64,000 nucleotides of DNA. Source: Octopus vulgaris. Taxonomy: Eukaryota. The notes below the pieces were generated by a model. It ran no database searches. It saw only the letters and a program-made list of their open reading frames with translations, and was not told the DNA's origin. The first letter of the stretch is position 1. Each line of letters begins with the position of its first letter. Below are positions 53,690-64,000 of this stretch, piece after piece. Position numbers and translations under genes: made by a program. Where the stretch lies: the NCBI GenBank assembly GCA_951406725.2, contig OX597826.1, positions 35,526,001-35,590,000 of the forward strand, in the 5' to 3' direction.

Positions 53690-54659
53690 CACAGCCAAAA
53701 TGGTCCTTCACAAAGAACTGAGCTGTTTGCTGAAACAGCATCTAAAGATTTAGGAGAATTCACAATAACATAGATTAAGAAGGGAAGGAAATGTTTCATT
53801 CTGTAGCAGATTGCATTCCTTGAATTCTAACTTGGAATGGTTAAGTTTAAAATGCAAAACTGTTAATGAAAAATATTACTATATTTAGTAATGTTGACTT
53901 AATTGCAATTACTTATGATTAAGGCCCTGGACTTTATTATAGTGGCTACTAACATTTTTCCAGCCAATCATATTTGATGTTAGTCTTTGATAGACATTGC
54001 AAGACTTAAAGACAACTAATTTTCATGTGTAAAGCTCTTATGAAATATTCTAGAACTGTTTACTGAGCTTATGAAAATCTTAGAGCTCAGCACTGTTAGG
54101 ATATTTATAGTTGTGACCAAATATCTTATCAAAACTGTATTTATTAACCTACTTCTTATCCCACAATTTCTTTTTCTCTAAGAGATTACTCTTGTTATAA
54201 TCAATTGTTATGTCCTACATTTATATGAACTCTCTCAGCTCATCCGTAATTTCTTAATCCACACACACTTAATACATATACAGACTATAAATTGTACATT
54301 GTGTGTATAAAAATGTTTAGCATTATTCATAATCATTGTTGAAGATAAATGTTTCCTTTTTGATGAGAAGGAATTATCTTCTATAATGTTCTTATTGCTA
54401 TCATTTATCCACCATGTTAATCAAAACACAATGTTATCGTAATATTCTTTTATTCTTTCATTCTTTTAATAGTTGCAGTCATTGAGCTCAAGTTATATAC
54501 TAATTTGTAGTGTAACATATAGATTCACAGAATTATGTAGCTACCACAGAAAGCTCCTCTAGCAGACCAGGATAGCAGACCACATAGTAATCTGATAGAG
54601 AACAGTATAGTTCTTTTATTCTTTTACTTGTTTCAGTCATTTGACTGCAGCCAAGCTGG

Positions 54660-55200
54660 AGCACTGTCATGCATATAGTTGCATATCTAGACATGCTCAT
54701 CATCATCATCATCATCATCATCATTTAACATCCGCTTTCCATGCTAGCATGGGTTGGACGGTTCAACTGGGGTCTGGAGAGCCCGAAGGCTGCACCAGGC
54801 CAGTCATATATATTTAAATGATAATCTTCTGGAAAGTTTTACAGTTTTTTACACTTCCAGTGATGGATTGGATCTGTAGTCTTCAAATTAGCTTTCTCCT
54901 TTCTGGTTTTGAGAAACCTAATTTTTCAAGATTGATATTTAGGCAGTGTGTGACATATCTCACGGGGCCACAAAAACTACAAGTATAAACCTAAACTTGT
55001 AATCTGGATAGACTAACTGCAGATTTCTCAATAGTCCGGCATAGGTGTTCTCGTTTTCATTGATTTTCAGCTTTATGTTAACATCCACTGGGTAGCTAAT
55101 TTCCACAACTGTACACAGTTTCTCCTCTCTATCCCAAATCATTATGTCAGGTCTCTTGTGCTTACACTTTGAGTCTTCACTGGGACATTCCACCAGCATT
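54660..55200 (-). mobile_element. RLE-type LINE 3' end, with its UTR split by a family D insert
   Basis: KHKRPDIMIWDREEKLCTVVEISYP...YPDYKFRFI; same family as 845-1225. Confidence 0.85.
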
Positions 55201-55304
55201 TCTTTTTGTTTGTTTGTTTGTTTGTTTGTTTATTTGTATGTATGTATGTATGTATGTATGTATGTATGTATGCACTCTTTCTCTTTTAATTTAGAATAAA
55301 CTGC

Positions 55305-55700
55305 GTAGGCGCAGGAGTGGCTGTGTGGTAAGTAGCTTGTTTACCAGCCACATGGTTCCGGGTTCAGTCCCACTGCATGGCACCTTGGGCAAGTCTCTTC
55401 TACTATAGCCTTGGGCCGACCAAAGCCTTGTGAGTGGATTTGGTAGATGGAAACTGAAAGAAGCCTGTCGTATATATGTATATATATGTATGTGCGTGTA
55501 TGTTTGTGTGTCTATGTTTGTCCCCCTAGCATTGCTTGACAACCGATGCTGGTGTGTTTATGTCCCTGTTACTTAGCTGTTTGGCAAAGGAGACCAATAG
55601 AATAAGTACTGGGCTTACAAAAGAATAAGTCCCGGGGTTGAATTGCTCGATTAAAGCCGGTGCTCCAAATGACTGAAACAAGTAAAATAGTAAAGAGAGA
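55305..55700 (+). mobile_element. SINE family A, full length
   Basis: Well-preserved consensus. Confidence 0.9.
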
Positions 55701-55973
55701 GTCTTCCGGCTTGATAGCAAGGTTGTGAAAGAAAGCATCCTCTGTTGTTCATCATCCTTTAATGCTTAAGAAGGTCTTGCAGATTTTTATAGTCCCAGAT
55801 ATTGTTGTGATCATTTGTAATGTATGAATTAAGGATCTGCATTCTCTCCTCAAGAACCCAACGTCAGCCATTCTTTCCTCCAGATAATTTGGTAAGCATC
55901 CTGTTGCTTTAATAATAATAGGTATGAATCTAAAAGTGTATCTTGGGTACTGGTTTTGGAAACTGCTTATCAA
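55700..55973 (-). mobile_element. RLE-type LINE 3' end
   Basis: YPRYTFRFIPIII...ISGTIKICKTFL. Confidence 0.75.
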
Positions 55974-56938
55974 TGGTCCATAGCTGTCCTATTTCTTCTG
56001 TATTTTACTGTCTGTATGTAAGTATATATCAATAAAATACACACCCATATATATATATATATATATATACATGTATATGTGTGTGTATATATATATATGT
56101 GCGTGTGTGCATATATATATATATATATGTGTGTGTGTGTATACATATATATATATATTAGATATAAAGTACTGTATAGCATCAACTATTATTATTGCTA
56201 TCATTGTTATTATTGACTAAGACGTTATAGCTGTTTGTCAATGCAGGATATTCACAAAGAATGCATTTTTATCGATGTGTTTAATATTCACACCCTCGGT
56301 AGGCTTAGATTTATTTTTTTAATCATATTCCGGAATTTTCTATAGACATCTTGTAGAATGTGTGTTATTTTCTTCTCCAGGAAAAAACGGTAAAATAACA
56401 ATAAAAACGTTGATGCCTCTTGGTTAATATTGGGATTGGAATATCTCCACCTCGTTGAGCTGCGATTCTGTTTGGATGTGATTAGATGTTCTTGCATAAT
56501 TTTGCTAGTTTGCGTGTGAGTGCCTACCTTTGAATGCATCTGTGTACACAGGTTTGTATATACCTTCATACACACATGCATATACATATATATATATATA
56601 TATGCATATATATATATATGTGTGTGTGTGTCTGTATCTATATATATGTGTGTGTGTATATATCTCTATATCTATCTATCTATATATATGTACATATACA
56701 TGTATATATATATATATATACATATATACATATACACACATATACATATATATACATATATACATGTATATATATATATATATATATACATATATGTATA
56801 TATATATATATATACATAGTGTATATATATATATATTTATATAATATATAGTGTATATATATATATGTATATATACACACACACATATATAAACATGCTT
56901 GTTCATGTAACCATAAGTATAAATGTATGAATGTTTGC

Positions 56939-56969
<31 letters not shown>

Positions 56970-57525
56970 GATATATATATGCATAGATATATATACATAT
57001 ATATATATAAAGAGATATATATACATACATATATATATATATATGATATTGAAATGCATATATATTCATCATCATCATCATCATCATCGTTTAGCGTCCG
57101 CTTTCCATGCTAGCATATAATATATATGACTCCACATGCATAATATATATCTGCACATGTGTATATACATATATATCTGGAGTCTAATATGCATAAATAT
57201 ATTCAACATTAGAAATGTATTTATTTTTTCATATTCATTCTTATCAATTTACTTTTACTCTGTAATATCGTAAGTTTGTGCGGTTATAAAGTTTGCTTCA
57301 CGGCCGCAATTTTCATGTTCAGTCTTTCCAGCGTTACCCATTGAGTAAACATCTCTTGCTATAGCCTTGGGTCAATCAATGCCTTCTGTGAAGATTTGAT
57401 CGGCATGGGTTCAGTCCTACTGCATGGCACCTTAGGCAAGTGTCTTCTACTATAGCCCCAGGCCATCAGAGCCTTGAGTGGATTTGGTAGATGGATAACT
57501 CAAAGAAGCCTGTTGTATATGTGTG

Positions 57526-57566
<41 letters not shown>

Positions 57567-57734
57567 ATATTTGTATATATATGTATGTGTGTGTGTGTGT
57601 GCATATATATATATATAGTACAAAGTAAGATAGGGGTTATGAGGGTAACCTACTATGGGATATCAGTTCAGAAAAATAAGAAAATAGAAATAATTAAATT
57701 AATAATTATTTACTAATTATATAATTGGACATCA

Positions 57735-57818
57735 TATCTGACAACTGTTTCGATTCAAGACTTTAGAAATTAATTAATATAATTAAGAACATTTTAAAGT
57801 TGAATCTCATCGGGGATA
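57735..57818 (-). ncRNA. Degenerate type I hammerhead with long stem II, inside a ~260-bp AT-rich element (57618-57880)
   Basis: tatcc CCGAUGA gattcaa..ttgaatc GAAA cagttg UC agata. Confidence 0.6.
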
Positions 57819-58138
57819 GAAAAAGACATACATTTACATTTTCATATTATTGCATGCTGAGTGTGCGGAACGAATCTGCTAACTAATATCATCATCATCA
57901 TCGTTTTCCATGCTAGCATGAGTTGGATGGTCCGACCGGGGTCTGGGAAGCCAGGAGGCTGCACCAGACTCCAGTCTGATCTGGCAGTGTTTCTCCAGCT
58001 GGATGCCCTTCCTAAGTCCAACCACTCTGTGAATGTAGTGGGTGCTTTTTACCTGCCAGGGGAGGCTGGCAACGGCCACGATCGGTTGGTGGTTTTTATG
58101 TGCCAATTATATATATGTGTATATATATATGTGTGTAC

Positions 58139-58201
<63 letters not shown>

Positions 58202-58502
58202 ATCAGAGAATGGAGAAAACTTTAGATTGACAGCCAAATGAATTGGATCACATCTGTAGATTACTTTTTGATACAAAACATGACATAACATTTATGTGAC
58301 ATAACAATTCTCATGGCCTTTTCTGCTTCCAATGTCAGTCAGTGCCTACGAAAGAATTCAGAAAATAATATTCTTCATCTTCATAGGATATTTGAACTAG
58401 TACATGGAGCTTCATCAGAGTGTATACAAAAGTGTCCCAAAACTAAACAAAACGAAGAGGGAATAGGAAAAACAACATGGCCTAGAGAAGAAGCCAGGAG
58501 GC

Positions 58503-58557
<55 letters not shown>

Positions 58558-59418
58558 GCATATATTGATGTCTTGCAAACAATAAGACATCTATATATAA
58601 CTATATATATATACATATATATGTATATATATATATGTGTGTGTGTATGCGTGTGTGAGTGTGTGTGTGTATATAGATATATATATATGTATATATATAT
58701 AGATATATATGCATATATATGTGTGTATATATATATATATACATATATATTATTGCATTTTTGTATTTATATTCGTATTATTTTTTTGTTTTTGTATTTA
58801 TATTCGTGTAACATCGTCCGTTTTTCTGTCCTTGTTTCCTAAACATTCACTCCTTTTTCCAAGGAATCTAATGCTCGTAGCTTAGTTTTTGCTTGGGGCT
58901 GGCCAGATTGGAGCAATCTCAAGATTAATCAGTCGAAATTGTGAGGATGATCCAGTTCTTGACTGAAGATTAGAGGCTTCGAATGACCCGTCCGTGTTTC
59001 TTGTATCGTCTATTTGGATGTTTTGCGTTCTTGTCCCATTTTGTATTTTTTATATATATATATATATATATAGTTGCGTACGTACACTTTGTTGTCTTAT
59101 ATATATATATATTTATGTATATGTACAGAGTGATTGGGAAGAGAGACAGTGAACAAGAACAAAAGAGAGAGAAAAAGGGTGATATGTAAATATTTATGTA
59201 TTTTGTGTTCAACTCACATTGGTGTTGTTTGTTTGTTGGTTTTTTTTTTGTGGCCTACATAACTTAGAGGTTCAATAAAATGACACCGATAAAAGTGACA
59301 GACTGAAAATTTTCTCTACTAATTTTCTCTACTAAATGCTTCAAGTCAGTGACCCAACATGGTCGTAGACCAATTTCTGAAATAACTGAAAAGTATAAGA
59401 ATGAATGAAATATGTGGA

Positions 59419-59453
<35 letters not shown>

Positions 59454-60231
59454 AGTTGTATGTTTGTGTGTCTGTTAGCGTTTTATAAGGGTGACAGGTG
59501 CGTCAGTTGCTCACTACAGAAAACCACATTATATACTAAATTACAATACAACATGGCTCACCTACTTCGAATAGACACACAAAAATATAAAGGCATCTGC
59601 ACACACAGAATCATATATATATATGTATGTATGTATGTATGAATATATATTTGTGTGTGTGTACATATATATGTATGTATATACATACACACACATGTAC
59701 ATATATATGTATATACATATGGATATATATGCATATATATATATACACATATAGACAAGCATTTATACACATTATATATATATATATGTATGTATGTACA
59801 TGTATATATATATATATATGTATATGTATGAACATGTGTGTGTGTGTATATATATACACATATACATACAATCACTTATATATATACATATATATAAATA
59901 TATGCGCACACATAGATATACGCACTCATAGACATGTATTCCTTTCTTTCTCACTATCCACTCTATAACTGCAGAAATACATTAGGTGTGATAGAATGCA
60001 TAAAAGAAATCTTGGAGTGACACTGTTCCAAATGGGAGTCTCAGAGAATATGAATAGCAAACCAATAGAAAAGAAGGAATCCAATTCTCGCCTGCAAATT
60101 CTATACAGCTTAGAATTTACAATCCCATGCCTAACAGTCATTGGTAAACCTTCAATGCCACGAGAGTTTGGCTAATACATAATTATAAATGCTTACCCAC
60201 ACACAGACAAATATACCAATGTTTATGTATC

Positions 60232-60282
<51 letters not shown>

Positions 60283-60443
60283 TGAATGTACACATATGTA
60301 CATACTTATATTTATTTATGCATATATACATATATACATACACAAATATATATGTATATATATATGTAAATTCATATATATAGATATATACACATATACA
60401 CATATATGCATATATATTACAGATGTATATGCATATGTGTGTG

Positions 60444-60476
<33 letters not shown>

Positions 60477-60522
60477 ATTCACACAGACACATACATATGT
60501 GCACACACTCACATATATACAC

Positions 60523-60716
60523 CATTGCTGGTACAACACTGGGGTTGATTCGATTATCGTTTTCCCCTTCTTCTGTCGTAACTTCTACGCATGAAGTTTC
60601 AGCTTGTGCTTGGTGATAGCATTGTAACATACATATCCAGTATACACCTGTCTGAATGCTCTGTATGCAACATAGTGGTGTGCAGTGCATACGAGTGGCT
60701 ATACATGACTCTTTAT
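60523..60716 (-). other. Possible Cys-rich coding exon
   Basis: ttttttgtaccAG acceptor, 194-nt open frame with 7 Cys, weak GTgtat donor; no recognisable homolog. Confidence 0.2.
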
Positions 60717-60809
60717 CTGGTACAAAAAATGCGGTTGGTTAATAACTGGTAGTACTGTCAATGAGTTAGTCTCTCCTCACCATTGCCATTTTTTATTATC
60801 AATATTATT

Positions 60810-61053
60810 ATTATTTATGGGGTTTTTTTCTTCTTTCAAATTTGCTTCCATTTCTTGCCGAGTGTTTTCCTGACTCCTAGGGCAAAGAAACTCATAGTAT
60901 ACATTGGTAGGCCATTAAACTAAACTCACTAGTTCGTTCATTGTTTTTTTTTTTTTTGATAAAAATAAAGTTAAATTAAGATACATTGGTAGTAATAGTT
61001 CTCACATCGACAATGCTCTTCTCAATACGTGTGATGTACCAGTTAAGACAATC

Positions 61054-61056
<3 letters not shown>
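60810..61056 (-). mobile_element. Short R4/Dong-like 3' terminus plus UTR
   Basis: KIVLTGTSHVLRRALSM*, closely resembling KIVLTSTAHILRKTLSM* at 48908; (AAT)n at the 5' junction. Confidence 0.7.
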
Positions 61057-61088
<32 letters not shown>

Positions 61089-61092
61089 CATC

Positions 61093-61456
61093 ATTATTAC
61101 CTCTGTTTTAGGAAAGGCAGAGGTATTGTTTTCAGTCGTATTTGTTTGTTTGCCCGAGGACAAGATAGCCACCACTGGATGGATTCTGATGAAACTTTTA
61201 GGGATGTTTGGCCTTGTGAGTGGCATGAACTGATTAGATTTTGGGATTGATCCAGTACCAGAGAAGGACACTGGATTATTTTTCCTGTTTTTTTACTTAA
61301 TTTTTGAGAGCGGTTGGGTTCATTTTTAGTATTCACATTTGTGAGAGTAGTCAAGTTTATTTCAGATATTCTCATTTTAAAAATCATCTTCGGTTAATCA
61401 TTGAGATGATGTTGGTGTTGTCCTGGCAGAGGTTTGCACTCTGAGTGCTTTTGTTA
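61093..61456 (+). mobile_element. Non-autonomous Helentron (HINE/DINE-1-like) element
   Basis: 5' hairpin acctctgt..gcagaggt, matching subterminal ggcagaggt near the 3' end, 3' stem-loop gcactc-t-gagtgc, T-rich ends. Confidence 0.65.
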
Positions 61457-61470
61457 TAATTATTAATATT

Positions 61471-61742
61471 GAGTGAGAGAGCAGTGCATACCATCAAAGT
61501 GACTCTGGGGTAAAATAAACGAAGCCCAATATACCCATCATAACTACCCGTCTGACAAGAGTACACCAGGTGCATGCATCACAACCATATGTGATCAACA
61601 TGGTGATCTCATATCAAGATAAACTGTGCATGACTTTGCAGGTGGGGCCCAGTTAGAATTTTCTTCAGGTTGAGTAGCCCACCCCGCTCAAAAGGTCCTT
61701 GAATAAGGAGGGTTGTTCAAGGATGTTGAACAAAATACCCAT
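61471..61742 (-). mobile_element. Family E element, 5'-truncated
   Basis: Matches the 3' half of 49085-49638. Confidence 0.85.
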
Positions 61743-61812
61743 TATTATTTTAGTTGTATTCATTATTAATGATAATAATATTTATAATAACAATAATAAT
61801 AATAATAATAAA

Positions 61813-62030
61813 GAGGCAGCAAGCTGGCAGAATTGTTAGTACAACGGACAAAATGCTTAGCGATATTTCATCTGCCTTCACATTCCGAGTTTAAATTCCA
61901 TGAAGGTCAAGTCTGCCTTCCATCATTTCAGTGTCAATAAAGTAAGTACCAGTTGCATACTTGGGTCAATCTAATCAACTGGCCCCTCCCCAAAAATTTC
62001 GGGCCTGGTGCCTAGAGTAGAAAAGATTAC
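61813..62030 (+). mobile_element. SINE family B
   Basis: Consensus match, AAT flanks. Confidence 0.8.
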
Positions 62031-62074
62031 TATCATTATTATTTTTATTATTATTATTATTAGTAGTAGTAGTA

Positions 62075-62117
<43 letters not shown>

Positions 62118-62996
62118 CAGCAGCAGCAGCAGCAGTAGTAGCAGCAGTAGTAGTAGTAGTGGCAGAGATGTTAACATGTAGGACAAAAACTTCTTGCAAA
62201 TCCAATCAACATTAGGTTGCGTTTGTTATGGCGGTGCCCCAGCATGGCTACAGTCTAATGACTGGAACAAGAAAAAGATGAAAGATAAAAGATCATCATC
62301 ATCAGCAGCAGCAGCAGCACCACCACCACCACCACCCGTAGTATTAGTAGTAATTTTCTGTATATTTTTCTTATTACATGTATTGTAGGTTTTCCTTCAG
62401 TAAATTTGTATAAAGCAACGAAGACTTGGAGGTGATTTGCAAATAGTTTTCTCTGTGCAGTTAATGGATAATAGCTAATGCACATTGCCTTCAGGAATGT
62501 GACCATAATGGTAAAATCTGCGACTGCCAACCATTATAAGCAGCCCTTGCTGGATAAAATGTTTGCAGAGAAATGGTATTATATGGCCATGATGTTTTTA
62601 ATTAGATTTACTATAAGCATTCTTCTGATTAATTTCCGTTGGAAATTGCGGCAAGTTGGATTTTTGTGGTACGAGTGGTTTATGGAAGTGTTGGGTGTAT
62701 CCTGAGGAAGCTTTCTTTGTTTTTGTAAGTAATAAATAGATGGATAGAGTGAGGTAAAGAGAAGGATGGGGAAGAGTAAAGGAGAGAGAGAGAGAGAGAT
62801 TAACAATGAGGATTGAACAAGAAATTAAGATAGAGACAGAGGGGAAGGGAGAGAGTCAGAGAGAAGGAGAGAAAGAAGAGACAAACAGACAGGTGGATTA
62901 TGAAAAGGTAAGATAGATAAATGGATGGATGGATGGACAGATTATAATAAATGGATGGATAAATGGATGGATAGACAGACAGATGGGCAGACAGAC

Positions 62997-63027
<31 letters not shown>

Positions 63028-63589
63028 CAGACAGGAGGACATATAGATAGATAGATGAACAGAGACAGACAGGCAGACAGAGACAGAGAAACAGAGACAA
63101 ACTGACAGACAGACAGAGAGACAGACAAACAGATAGATAGTTGGTGAGAGGTTGATGAGTCTGTTATGAGAATCATATGAGTTTCCATAAATAAACTAGG
63201 ATTTTACTGTAGTTTGAATAATTAATAGATTAAATGGATTGGCTGGATCAGGTAATATTGAAAGAATTGTATTGTATAGGGCAGAGAGAGAGAGAGAGAG
63301 GGGGAGAGAGAAAGAATGCTATGTAATGATATATACTCAGTAGAAATTGAGAGTATTCTAGTTTATTTAGGCTGGCTCACAGAGCAGTTGTTCTGAATTT
63401 CTACAGTAAAACCATGACTTGAAGCAAGTTGCAACAAATACAGCAAACCATTTCATTCAATGCTTTAATGATTTCCCCACAGCCTTGTATTTAATTGGCA
63501 AAATATAACCATCCCCAAGCATAACAATATCTGTTTCAACACACAACTTCAGATCAAGAATCCTGAAAAATACATAAGCATAATAATAA

Positions 63590-64000
63590 TGATAGTAATG
63601 GTTTCAAATTTTGGCACAGGGAATTACAAGAACTTCGGTGCTCAAATTTTACTTATCTTATTGACCCCAGAAAGATTAAGACAAAGCCAACTTAAGTGGA
63701 ATTTGAACTTAGAAAGCAAAGATAGATGAAATATTGCTAAGCATTTTGCCCAGCATGCCAATTATTCTGCCAGATTTCAAAATTAATAATAATAATATTA
63801 ATAATAATAATAATAATAATAATTCAAATTTTGGCTCAAGGTCAGCAGTTTTGGAGGTGAGGCTAAATCAATCCGATTGATCTCAGTGCTCAATTGTTAC
63901 TCATTTTATAAAACCTGGAAAGATGAAAGGCAAAGTTGACCTCAGCGGAGTTTGAACTGAGAATGTAAAGACAGATGAAATAATCACTAAGCATTTTACC
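63590..64000 (-). mobile_element. Two SINE family B copies
   Basis: Reverse-complement consensus, AAT spacer. Confidence 0.75.

Noticed and set aside
58385-58422. Minus-strand CUGAUGA-agct..agtt-CAAA
   Set aside because: GAAA is mutated and stems I and III are unsupported; may be a dead hammerhead but cannot be claimed
61186-61200. CTGATGAAAC motif
   Set aside because: Overlapping motif inside a Helentron-like element; no stems

Overview
AT-rich eukaryotic, repeat-saturated DNA (intronic or intergenic). The density of (TA)n/(AAT)n/(ACAT)n microsatellites and the SINE/LINE repertoire resemble an octopod cephalopod genome (inference, not verified). No intact host gene is recognisable; most listed ORFs are microsatellite translations. 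Real coding remnants are non-LTR retrotransposons: about 10 RLE-type (R4/Dong-like) 3' fragments, several RTE-type fragments and one CR1-like fragment. There are also several tRNA-derived SINE families and DNA-transposon MITEs. The standout is a 490-bp near-perfect tandem repeat (20982-22114, 2.3 copies, preceded by a 132-bp inverted partial copy). Each full unit carries a type I hammerhead ribozyme with an unusually long, G-U-rich stem II, so it is a candidate non-LTR retrozyme producing a 490-nt circRNA. Further hammerhead-bearing small elements also occur: a tRNA-headed SINE fused to a Penelope-type minimal hammerhead, a 264-bp hairpin element with a 13-bp TSD, and several Penelope pLTR-like remnants.
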